DNA of 64,000 bases from Acutalibacteraceae bacterium. Its GTDB lineage: Bacteria > Bacillota > Clostridia > Oscillospirales > Acutalibacteraceae. The translations under genes were made by a program, and so were the position numbers. Where the stretch lies: the NCBI GenBank assembly GCA_045640745.1, contig JAZUFQ010000049.1, positions 724 to 64,723 on the forward strand, written 5' to 3'. Under the pieces are notes generated by a model. That model searched no databases. It was given only the letters and a program-made list of their open reading frames with translations, and was not told where the DNA came from. Shown piece by piece: positions 17,043-25,952 of this stretch (position 1 is its first letter; every line of letters starts with the position of its first letter).

Positions 17043-18045
17043 TTTACTGAAAGAACTTTGTTTGATTGATTCTACTTCGGGCGACGAGAATGCGGTAAGA
17101 GAATTCATTATAGGCAAAATAAAAGATTACTGCGAATATTCTGTCGATAATCTCGGAAATATAATTTGTTATAAAAAGGGCAAAAAGAAAACCGACAGAA
17201 AAATTATGCTCGATGCTCACATGGACGAAATCGGGTTTATTATTAAATCTATTACGCCCGACGGTTTTTTAAGATTTTGCGATGTCGGGGGCATTGATAC
17301 TGCTGTTATGCTTGCAAGACGGGTAAAAATAAATAACGATGTTTTTGGTGTTATCGGTTGTAAGCCCGTTCATTTGACAAGCGGCAGTGAAAGTGAAAAG
17401 CTTCCCGAAAAGGATACGCTTTATATTGACATCGGCGCTACTTCAAGAAAGGATGCCGAAGAGGTTGTTTCGGTGGGCGACCGAGCCGTTATGTGCAGTG
17501 ATTATACCGAGAACGGCGAAAAAATCATATCAAAAGCGCTTGACGACCGTATCGGTTGTGCCGTTCTTATTGATTTAATAAAAAACTATGACGAATATGA
17601 TTTTTATGCTGTATTTTCGGTGCAGGAGGAGGTCGGCGGCGCAGGTGCAAAGGTTGCGGCGTTTTCCGTAAACCCCGATTTTGCCATTGTGCTTGAAGGT
17701 ACAACCGCCTCGGATATTTCGGGTGTGCCCGAAGAAAAAACCGTAACAAAACTCGGAAGGGGTGTTGCCGTTTCCTTTATGGATAAGAGAACGGTTTACG
17801 ATAATGTTCTTTATAATTCGGCTCTTGAAAGCGGTATAATGTGTCAGCCGAAATCCGCCGTTGCAGGCGCTAATAATTCGGGTGTTATCCATCTTTCAAG
17901 AGGCGGTGTGCGGTCTATTGCTTTGTCTGTTCCCTGCCGTTATATCCATTCGGCAAACAGCGTTGCCGATAAAAACGATATTTTGTCGGCAAGACAGTTG
18001 GCGGAATATATGATAAGCGGTATCGCAAGCGGAAGTATTAAATGA
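17035..18045 (+). CDS. M42-family (TET/FrvX-like) metallo-aminopeptidase, copy 2
   Basis: DAHMDEIGF, LDDRIGC, QEEVGGAGA and RYIHS motifs. Overlaps copy 1 by 8 nt. Confidence 0.85.
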   Translation: MLDLLKELCLIDSTSGDENAVREFIIGKIKDYCEYSVDNLGNIICYKKGKKKTDRKIMLDAHMDEIGFIIKSITPDGFLRFCDVGGIDTAVMLARRVKINNDVFGVIGCKPVHLTSGSESEKLPEKDTLYIDIGATSRKDAEEVVSVGDRAVMCSDYTENGEKIISKALDDRIGCAVLIDLIKNYDEYDFYAVFSVQEEVGGAGAKVAAFSVNPDFAIVLEGTTASDISGVPEEKTVTKLGRGVAVSFMDKRTVYDNVLYNSALESGIMCQPKSAVAGANNSGVIHLSRGGVRSIALSVPCRYIHSANSVADKNDILSARQLAEYMISGIASGSIK

Positions 18046-18710
18046 TTAAGCTTACAAAATCATTTGATGTCGATACCGATTTTGCCGAGGGCATAAAGAT
18101 ATTTGAAACAAAAATGTGCTATGGCGATATTGCTATATTTTGGGAAGACACAAATTCTTCGGCAATAATCTCTTTGCTTGATAACAATATGGTAATTTCG
18201 GGTAATGCAAGAGATTATTCCGAACTTAAAGAATTTATTAAGGTTATAAATCCGTCAAGTATTTTTTCATCGTGTGAGGTTTTGAGCGGTTTGGGACTAC
18301 TGGAAAACTCGCTAACGGTTGATGTTTTGAAATCGGAAATCCAAAAAACCGTTTCTCAAAGGTCGGACAGGCTTTCAAGCAATGAAGTTTATGATATTTT
18401 ATCAAAAAGCGGACTTGATGTGGGAAATTATGAATATTTTGCTCCCGATTTTTGTCTTAGGCTTAATAGAGGACGGCTTAAATATTTCGGCATAAAAGGA
18501 ACTTGCGTTGCCGTAAGTATAGGAAATGAAAATGTACTTATAAACGGCGTTGCAAGCCTTTGTAAAGGGTTTGGTACTGTTTGCCTTAACGGATTACTAA
18601 ACGAAATAAGCGCAAAAAATATATTGGTTTGCGCTAAACAGGATATTTCTCCGTTTTATATAAAAAACGGCTTTGTTAAGCTTTATAAAGCGGGATATTG
18701 GAGGAAATAA
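18042..18710 (+). CDS. Hypothetical protein with a possible degenerate GNAT-like C-terminal half
   Basis: 222-aa ORF with ATGA overlap to the upstream gene. The C-terminal region ...GVASLCKGFGTVCLNGLLNEI...PFYIKNGF resembles a GNAT acetyl-CoA-binding region only loosely. Confidence 0.4.
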   Translation: MIKLTKSFDVDTDFAEGIKIFETKMCYGDIAIFWEDTNSSAIISLLDNNMVISGNARDYSELKEFIKVINPSSIFSSCEVLSGLGLLENSLTVDVLKSEIQKTVSQRSDRLSSNEVYDILSKSGLDVGNYEYFAPDFCLRLNRGRLKYFGIKGTCVAVSIGNENVLINGVASLCKGFGTVCLNGLLNEISAKNILVCAKQDISPFYIKNGFVKLYKAGYWRK

Positions 18711-19963
18711 TGTCTTTTTTTGAATTTGACGAAAACTTAAAAGAGCTTGATAAAAAAGCGCTCGCTCTTTCAAAGCCGTATTTCGAGGATATTGAAAAAA
18801 CGGCTGAATATAACACACAAAAAGTGCTTTCGGCTTTTATAAAAAACCGTGTAAGCGAGGCGCATCTCGGTATTTCAACGGGTTACGGTTACGGCGATAT
18901 AGGAAGAGACACACTCGATAAAATCGTTGCCGAATGTTTTGGTGCGGAAGATGCTCTTATAAGACATAGCTTTGCTTCGGGCACCCATACCTTAACGGTT
19001 GCGCTTTTCGGCATTTTAAGACCTAATGATAAGGTGCTGTCGCTTACGGGGCGACCGTACGATACAATTACGGGTGTATTCGGAATTGACGAAAAAACCG
19101 ACGGTTCGCTTGCCGATTTCGGTGTAGAATATAATCAGGTTGACCTTAAAGACGGCAAACCCGATACAGAAAAAATCAAAGAAGAACTTAAAAAGAAAAA
19201 ATATAAAATGGCATATATTCAGCGCTCCCGTGGGTATAGTCTTAGACCGAGCTTGTCGGTTAACGATATAAAAGAGCTTTGCGATACCGTTAAATCCGTT
19301 TCGCCTGATACCGTAATTATGGTAGATAACTGTTACGGCGAGTTTGTTGAAGAAAAGGAGCCGACCGAAGTAGGCGCAGACCTTATGGCAGGTTCTCTCA
19401 TCAAAAACCCCGGTGGCGGAATAGCCCCCTCGGGAGGATATATCGCAGGCAAGCGCAAATATATCGAAATGTGCGCTAACCGTATGACCTGCTCGGGAGT
19501 AGGGCGTGAGGTCGGCGCAACTCTCGGTCATAACCGAGAGCTTTATATGGGATTTTTTAATTCCCCCCATATTGTCGGTGAGGCACTTAAAACTGCGGTT
19601 TACACATCGGCTTTATTTGAACTAATGGGATATACCTGTTCGCCGACTTATAACGAAAAAAGAGCCGATATTATCGAGTCGATAATACTTAAAGAAGATA
19701 AAGCACTTATTTCTTTTTGCAAAGGGCTTCAATCGGGCTCTCCGGTAGATTCCTTTGTGTCGCCCGAGCCCTGGGATATGCCGGGGTACACCGATAAGGT
19801 AATTATGGCGGCAGGTGCTTTTACGCTCGGCGCATCAATAGAGCTTTCCGCCGACGGCCCTTTGCGTGAGCCGTTTGCCGTATGGATGCAGGGCGGAATA
19901 AATTTTCACAGCGCAAAGGTAGGAATACTGCTTGCGGCAAAAAACATTTTAAGCGATAAATAA
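18710..19963 (+). CDS. ynbB: PLP-dependent enzyme of the YnbB / 'aluminium resistance protein' (Met gamma-lyase-like) family
   Basis: The N-terminus MSFFEF...EKTAEYNTQKVLSAFIKNRVSEAHLGISTGYGYGDIGRDTLDKI is characteristic of this family as I remember it. ATG 18710 shares a nucleotide with the upstream TAA. Confidence 0.65.
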   Translation: MSFFEFDENLKELDKKALALSKPYFEDIEKTAEYNTQKVLSAFIKNRVSEAHLGISTGYGYGDIGRDTLDKIVAECFGAEDALIRHSFASGTHTLTVALFGILRPNDKVLSLTGRPYDTITGVFGIDEKTDGSLADFGVEYNQVDLKDGKPDTEKIKEELKKKKYKMAYIQRSRGYSLRPSLSVNDIKELCDTVKSVSPDTVIMVDNCYGEFVEEKEPTEVGADLMAGSLIKNPGGGIAPSGGYIAGKRKYIEMCANRMTCSGVGREVGATLGHNRELYMGFFNSPHIVGEALKTAVYTSALFELMGYTCSPTYNEKRADIIESIILKEDKALISFCKGLQSGSPVDSFVSPEPWDMPGYTDKVIMAAGAFTLGASIELSADGPLREPFAVWMQGGINFHSAKVGILLAAKNILSDK

Positions 19964-19983
19964 ATATGTGAGAAGTGAAGAAA

Positions 19984-20652
19984 ATGGAAAGATTATTTGA
20001 CGGCGAAATCTACGATATTATTTGTCAAAACGGCAATTTGGTTTTTACATACTGTAAAAACTCAAATGAAAATGCGGTGCTTGTCGGCTATAAAATGATA
20101 ACAAGAGAAAATGCCGAGCCGACGGATGTTGCCAAAAATATATATCTGCTATCAAAATTCGGAAGCAATTACAGAAGTTCAAGCGAGCTTTGCAGTAATT
20201 ATGTCATTGCAAAAACCGCCGAGCTTAATACGGGATATATGTGTATTCTTGCGGATACGGGAAAAGCATATATGGTTGACCAAGCGGGAATGCCTGTTTG
20301 GAGCGGAACTTTGAACTATAAGGGCGAAATGCCGTCTGATATTGCGGCATATAAAAACAGCATCTGGGCTTGCTATCAAAATTCGGGCGTTTTAATAAGA
20401 TTTAATCTTAACACCATGCGTGAGGAACTTCGTATCGGCGGTAAAAATTCGCCTTTCAATAAACCCGTTAATATTTTTATCGACGGAAATATTGCGACGG
20501 TAAGTAATTCAGGCTCAAATAAGCTTATTGAATTTAATCTTGATTCATATACGGTAGAAGAAAAAGAAGAATTTTCCGAAAGTGTTTATTCTTTTGTAAA
20601 ATACGACGACAACCGATTTGTTTTGCTCGAATCGGGACTTTATGTCTTATAA
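19984..20652 (+). CDS. Hypothetical protein (beta-rich, possibly propeller-like)
   Basis: ~222-aa ORF in the operon. No recognisable motif. GTG 19975 is an alternative start. Confidence 0.5.
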   Translation: MERLFDGEIYDIICQNGNLVFTYCKNSNENAVLVGYKMITRENAEPTDVAKNIYLLSKFGSNYRSSSELCSNYVIAKTAELNTGYMCILADTGKAYMVDQAGMPVWSGTLNYKGEMPSDIAAYKNSIWACYQNSGVLIRFNLNTMREELRIGGKNSPFNKPVNIFIDGNIATVSNSGSNKLIEFNLDSYTVEEKEEFSESVYSFVKYDDNRFVLLESGLYVL

Positions 20653-20664
20653 GGAAGTAAAACT

Positions 20665-20895
20665 ATGTTAGAGAAAAATTTGATTTTATCACAGTTTGAC
20701 GATGTTAAAAAATTTGTTGATATTGCCTCCTCAAAGGAGTATGATATTGAGCTTCTTTCGGGCAAATATATCGTAAATGCAAAGTCGATTATGGGCGTTT
20801 TCAGTCTTGATTTAACCAAACCCATAACAATGAAAGCACACTGCGAACAAAACGGCGAGCTTTTAAGGGAAATACGGCCTTTTATTGCTGAATAG
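20665..20895 (+). CDS. HPr-fold protein lacking the His15 phosphorylation site
   Basis: 76 aa. VNAKSIMGVFSLDL matches the HPr Ser46 region (VNLKSIMGVMSLG). The GIHARPA segment is replaced by QFDDVKKF. SD aaggaag. Confidence 0.65.
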   Translation: MLEKNLILSQFDDVKKFVDIASSKEYDIELLSGKYIVNAKSIMGVFSLDLTKPITMKAHCEQNGELLREIRPFIAE

Positions 20896-20913
20896 GAGAA
20901 ATAATAACTTTTT

Positions 20914-23286
20914 ATGGACTTTAAGGAAATACGAAAAAAACTTATAGAAAAAGATTTCGGAAGAATGAACGAAAGGCAATTTGAGGCGGTTACGGCGGTA
21001 AACGGTGCGGTTTTGGTGCTTGCAGGTGCAGGAAGCGGAAAAACAACCGTTTTGGTAAACCGAATTGCGAATTTAGTAAAATACGGCAACGCCTACAACA
21101 GCGATTTTGAGCCGTTTTATTCCGAAGAAGAACTACAAAATGCGCTTGATTATTTAGACGGAAAGACCGATAAGCTTTTAAGCGATATTTGGAGTGTTGA
21201 TGCGCCGAAACCGTGGGAAATACTTGCGATTACCTTTACCAATAAGGCGGCAGGGGAACTTAAAACCCGAATTGCCGCAAAATTGGGCGATGACGCAAAC
21301 GGCGTTGTCGCAGGTACTTTCCATTCCGTTTGCGGAAAGATTTTAAGAAGAAATGCAGAAGTAATCGGTTATTCAAGCCATTTTACAATTTACGATACCG
21401 ATGACCAAAAAAGGGTTATGAAAGCCATTATGAAGGCAAACGGTATTGAAGAAAAAATGTTCCCCGTAAAAGCGGTATTAAATAATATTTCTACGGCAAA
21501 AGATTCGCTTATAGACCCCGACGAATATGAAAATTCGGCAGGAAACGACCCACGCCTTAAAACCGTAGCAAAGCTTTATAGGCTTTATCAAAATGAATTA
21601 AAGTCAAACGACGCTATGGATTTTGACGATATGATAAACAAAACGGTAGAGCTTTTTGATAAAGACACTGATTTGTTGAATTATTACGGAAATAAATTTA
21701 AGTATATTATGGTGGACGAATATCAGGACACAAACCATGCGCAGTATGTTTTGGTAAGTAAGCTTGCGAGCGTACACGGTAATATTTGCGTTGTCGGGGA
21801 CGATGACCAGAGTATTTACAGTTTCAGAGGAGCCACTATCGAAAACATTTTAAGCTTTGAGGACGAATATAAAAATTCGAGAGTTATCCGTCTTGAACAA
21901 AACTATCGCTCAACGGGTAATATACTTAATGCCGCAAACGAGGTTATTAAGAATAATGTCGGAAGAAAGGGCAAAACCCTTTGGACAGATTCCGGCGACG
22001 GCGATTTAATAAGAATACATACTGCGTTTGACGAGCGGGACGAGGCAAAATTTGTTGCCGAAACGATACTTTATGATGTTAAAAACGGCGGTAAGTTTTC
22101 GGAAAATGCAGTTTTATACCGAATGAATGCGCAGTCGGCATCCATAGAAAACGCATTTCTGCGAAGCGGTATTTCTTATACCGTTATCGGCGGTAACCGG
22201 TTTTACGACCGAAAGGAAATCAAGGATGTCTTGGCATATTTACAGTTAATCAACAACAAAAACGACAATTTACGGCTTAAAAGAATTATAAATGAGCCGA
22301 AAAGGGGAATAGGCGATACAACCGTACAAAATGCGGTCGATATTGCCGAGCGGTGTTCGTTATCTTTGTTTGAGGTTTTTGAAAATGCCCAAGATTACCC
22401 CACTGTTTCGAGAGCGGCTTCAAAGCTTAAAGAGTTTACCGATATGATAAATTCCCTTATAGAAGATGCAAGTATGCTTTCAATAAGCGAGCTTTTCGAT
22501 AAGGTGCTTGATAAAACGGGATATCTTGATATGCTTTTATGCGACACCGACCCGAAATCGCAGGAGAGAGCCGAAAATGTTAAGGAAATGGCTTCCGAAA
22601 TTAAGGCGTTTGAAAACGAAGCCGACGAGCCTACTCTTTCAGTTTTCCTTGAAGAAATCGCACTTGTAAGCGATATTGACTCTATGGACGAAAATGCCGA
22701 TAAAGCGGTAATGATGACCGTTCATTCGGCAAAAGGACTTGAATTTAAGAATGTTTATCTTGTAGGTATGGAGGAAAGTATCTTCCCCGGCTCTCAAACC
22801 GTTTACGGCGGTATCGAGGAGATGGAGGAGGAACGGCGCCTTGCCTATGTTGCCATAACAAGAGCAAAGAAAAATCTTTATATAACGAATGCGGCGACCC
22901 GTATGCTTTACGGCTCGACAACAAGAAATTTACCGTCAAGATTTTTAAGCGAAATACCGAAAGAATACTGCAAAGAAACTTCAAGATTTAATTCCGCACC
23001 GCAAAACGGCGGTTATTCCGTTAACATAAGAACGCAAAAAACCGATTTCGGAAGTTCCTCTTACGGTTACGGCTCGAATATTTCTTTTGGCGGTATGTCA
23101 AAGCAAGCACCAAAAAATACCGAATGTGCATATTCGGTCGGACAGACGGTCGAGCATAAAACATTCGGCAAGGGTATGATATTAAAGGTTACCAAAATGT
23201 CTAACGATACTCTGCTCGAAATTGCTTTTGATAACGCAGGCACAAAAAAACTTATGGCAAATTATGCTAAATTAAAAACATTATAG
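20914..23286 (+). CDS. pcrA: ATP-dependent DNA helicase PcrA (UvrD/Rep family)
   Basis: AGAGSGKTTVL (motif I), TFTNKAA, VDEYQDTN, QNYRS, and VHSAKGLEF...YVAITRAK. 790 aa. Confidence 0.9.
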   Translation: MDFKEIRKKLIEKDFGRMNERQFEAVTAVNGAVLVLAGAGSGKTTVLVNRIANLVKYGNAYNSDFEPFYSEEELQNALDYLDGKTDKLLSDIWSVDAPKPWEILAITFTNKAAGELKTRIAAKLGDDANGVVAGTFHSVCGKILRRNAEVIGYSSHFTIYDTDDQKRVMKAIMKANGIEEKMFPVKAVLNNISTAKDSLIDPDEYENSAGNDPRLKTVAKLYRLYQNELKSNDAMDFDDMINKTVELFDKDTDLLNYYGNKFKYIMVDEYQDTNHAQYVLVSKLASVHGNICVVGDDDQSIYSFRGATIENILSFEDEYKNSRVIRLEQNYRSTGNILNAANEVIKNNVGRKGKTLWTDSGDGDLIRIHTAFDERDEAKFVAETILYDVKNGGKFSENAVLYRMNAQSASIENAFLRSGISYTVIGGNRFYDRKEIKDVLAYLQLINNKNDNLRLKRIINEPKRGIGDTTVQNAVDIAERCSLSLFEVFENAQDYPTVSRAASKLKEFTDMINSLIEDASMLSISELFDKVLDKTGYLDMLLCDTDPKSQERAENVKEMASEIKAFENEADEPTLSVFLEEIALVSDIDSMDENADKAVMMTVHSAKGLEFKNVYLVGMEESIFPGSQTVYGGIEEMEEERRLAYVAITRAKKNLYITNAATRMLYGSTTRNLPSRFLSEIPKEYCKETSRFNSAPQNGGYSVNIRTQKTDFGSSSYGYGSNISFGGMSKQAPKNTECAYSVGQTVEHKTFGKGMILKVTKMSNDTLLEIAFDNAGTKKLMANYAKLKTL

Positions 23287-23299
23287 AAAGGTAAATGAT

Positions 23300-24094
23300 A
23301 TGTTCCCCGAAGTAAGTCAAATAAAAAAAGCGGCAAAATCCATAGTAAAAGAAAAACTTATTTTATCCTTTATTATATCGGCGGTTTTGCTTTCGGTTTT
23401 CTTAATCGGTCAAATCGTTTCCGAATTGTTTTTTGAGGTTTTCGGAAATATTTGCTCGGCAGCAGTAAGCATTATTTTACTTTTGTTTGCCGAGCTTCCG
23501 CTGCTTTTGGGCGCAATAAGGTACTATTCCCAAGCGGTTGAAGGGATAAAAGAAGGAATTAACGGGATTTTCTTTTATTTTTCTTCAAAAGAACAGTATT
23601 TAAGAGCGGTAAGGTTCCTTATAAACAGTTTTATTGTTATTGCCGTTTTCACGGTTGCCGTTATGTTTATCCCTGTTTGTCTTTGGGCTTTTTCAAAGCC
23701 TGTAACCTACGGATTTTTACATTTGTCTATTCCGCTTTGGGCGCCGATTTTCAGTACTGTTTCAAGTTTTTTAATGGTTATCGGAACTGTAATTTTGGCA
23801 TTTATTTTGCTTAAATACTATCTTTGCCCTTATCTTTTTGTCTGCAACGACAAAATGGATATAAAAAAGGTTTTCAAAATATCACTTTCCATTCAAAGAA
23901 GAACAAAAATTGATTTTGTTTATCTTGTAATAAGTATGCTTTTATATATTTTGATTTCACTGCCTATATTACCTTTGATTTTTACATTGCCGTTGTTTCT
24001 TTCGGTATATGCCGTACACGGAAAATGTGCGGTTATACAGTATAATAACGCAATAGACAGTGTTTTGAAGGACTACACGGTTGTGGCAAAGTAA
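23300..24094 (+). CDS. Polytopic membrane protein (DUF975-like?)
   Basis: 264 aa with about 5-6 hydrophobic segments. No catalytic motif seen. Confidence 0.55.
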   Translation: MFPEVSQIKKAAKSIVKEKLILSFIISAVLLSVFLIGQIVSELFFEVFGNICSAAVSIILLLFAELPLLLGAIRYYSQAVEGIKEGINGIFFYFSSKEQYLRAVRFLINSFIVIAVFTVAVMFIPVCLWAFSKPVTYGFLHLSIPLWAPIFSTVSSFLMVIGTVILAFILLKYYLCPYLFVCNDKMDIKKVFKISLSIQRRTKIDFVYLVISMLLYILISLPILPLIFTLPLFLSVYAVHGKCAVIQYNNAIDSVLKDYTVVAK

Positions 24095-24114
24095 CAAAAG
24101 AAACGGTGATTTTT

Positions 24115-24546
24115 ATGATAAAGAAGATTTTGCTTTGTACGGTTTATATCTTGGCTTTTGCTGTTACGGTAGTTAATCTTGTCTATTCGATAAGAGGAAG
24201 CGTGTTTTCGGATATAAACGATTTGCCGAAAGGCGACTATGTTTTGTCGGTTGCTTCTCCCGACGAAAAAAGTACAATAAAGATGTATAAAATTGATAAT
24301 TCTATCGGAAAAGGTGTAAGGTGCGAGCTGAAAAAAGGCGACAAAACCCGAAACATTTTTTGGCAGACGGGAATTACCGAAAGTGCTATAATTTGGCAGT
24401 CAAACGAGGTTGTCGATATAAACGGCGTATTGCTTAATGTTACCAATAATTACAGCTATGACTGCCGTAGAGGTGTTTCGCTCTTCCAAGAGGGCGCTAT
24501 CGAGGGCAACGAGGCAGAAGCGGTTAAAGAAAATGGACAAAAATGA
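24115..24546 (+). CDS. Small membrane-anchored hypothetical protein
   Basis: ATG 24115 follows GGTGA. One N-terminal TM segment and a ~110-aa extracytoplasmic domain. Confidence 0.5.
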   Translation: MIKKILLCTVYILAFAVTVVNLVYSIRGSVFSDINDLPKGDYVLSVASPDEKSTIKMYKIDNSIGKGVRCELKKGDKTRNIFWQTGITESAIIWQSNEVVDINGVLLNVTNNYSYDCRRGVSLFQEGAIEGNEAEAVKENGQK

Positions 24547-25915
24547 TATTATAGAACTTGAAATCACCGATGTTACCGACACGGGAAGCGGTATAGGACG
24601 AATAGATAATACTGTTGTTTTCGTTCCGCAAACCGCCGTAGGCGACATTGTAACCGCCGTAATAATTAAGGTTAATAAAAACTACTGTATCGGTAAGCTT
24701 TTGGAAATCAAAACGCCGTCTGAAAACCGTATTTTATGTGACTGCGACTGTTTTTCAAAATGCGGTGGCTGTGTTTACCGCCATATTTCTTATGATTTTG
24801 AAAAGCAGATTAAACAAAAGCGTGTTGAGGACTGCATAAAAAGAATTGCAAAAATTGATTTGCCGCCTCAACAAATCGTAAGCGATAATAATATTTTAAG
24901 GTACAGAAATAAAGCGCAGTTCCCCGTATCCGAAAACGGGCAGGTCGGCTTTTATGCCAATCATTCGCATAGGATAATTCCGACTGATGACTGCCTTTTG
25001 CAACCGGGTGTTTATAATAAAATTTCAGATGCGCTTAAAGAGTGGATAAAGATTACGGGCGCCTCGGTTTACAGTAGCGAAAGCGGAAAGGGACTTTTAA
25101 GACATCTTTATATCCGTTCGGGTGCCGACCAAAAAGAAATTATGGCCGTTCTTGTAATAAACGGCGACAGTATAAAGGAAAAAGAGCTTTTTGTTTCAAT
25201 GCTTAAAAATGCAGTAGGCGAAAAACTTAAATCGGTACAACTTAATATAAATAAAGTCAACAATAATGTTGTTTTGGGTAATAAAAATGTTTTAATATAC
25301 GGCGAAAAATACATAAACGATACAATCTGCGGTATTTTAGTAAGACTCTCGCCGAATTCCTTTTATCAGGTAAACAGGGATATGGCTGAGCTTCTTTATG
25401 AAAAAGCAAAAGAGTATGCGTGCCCCAAAGATAAAACCGTTCTTGACCTTTACTGCGGAACGGGGACTATCGGTCTTAGTATGGCAAAGAATGCGAAAAA
25501 GATTATCGGTGTCGAGATAGTTGAAGATGCGGTAAGCGACGCAAAAATAAATGCCGAGGAAAACGGAATAAACAACGCCGAATTTATATGCGGCGATGCA
25601 CTTAAAGCGGCAAAAGAGCTTAAAAAACGCAACCTAAAACCCGATGTTGTAATAGTTGACCCGCCGAGAAAGGGTTTAGACGGCGAGCTTATAAATATAA
25701 TCGCAAAGGACTTTTCGCCCGAAAGGGTTGTCTATGTTTCGTGCGACCCGTCAACGCTCGCAAGAGATGTTTCGCTCTTTAATGAGCTTGGCTATAAGCT
25801 TATGGAATATACACCGTTTGACCTCTTCCCACGAACGGCACATGTTGAAACGGCGGCGCTTTTAGGTCGGAAACAAGTCGAGTACCGTGTAGAATTTGAT
25901 GTGGATATTATTTAA
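24533..25915 (+). CDS. rlmD: 23S rRNA (uracil-5-)-methyltransferase RlmD/RumA family
   Basis: TRAM domain (ELEITDVTDTGSGIGR), Fe-S cysteines CDCDCFSKCGGCVYRH, SAM motif LDLYCGTGTIG, and catalytic VYVSCDP. The ATG at 24533 was chosen. Confidence 0.85.
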   Translation: MDKNDIIELEITDVTDTGSGIGRIDNTVVFVPQTAVGDIVTAVIIKVNKNYCIGKLLEIKTPSENRILCDCDCFSKCGGCVYRHISYDFEKQIKQKRVEDCIKRIAKIDLPPQQIVSDNNILRYRNKAQFPVSENGQVGFYANHSHRIIPTDDCLLQPGVYNKISDALKEWIKITGASVYSSESGKGLLRHLYIRSGADQKEIMAVLVINGDSIKEKELFVSMLKNAVGEKLKSVQLNINKVNNNVVLGNKNVLIYGEKYINDTICGILVRLSPNSFYQVNRDMAELLYEKAKEYACPKDKTVLDLYCGTGTIGLSMAKNAKKIIGVEIVEDAVSDAKINAEENGINNAEFICGDALKAAKELKKRNLKPDVVIVDPPRKGLDGELINIIAKDFSPERVVYVSCDPSTLARDVSLFNELGYKLMEYTPFDLFPRTAHVETAALLGRKQVEYRVEFDVDII

Positions 25916-25952
25916 TTTGAAAACGGTATTTTAATATAAGGAAATTTTACTA

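Noticed and set aside
19016-19570. A 184-aa ORF antisense to the ynbB-like gene.
   Set aside because: It is nested antisense to a gene with clear family signatures and has no translation signals.
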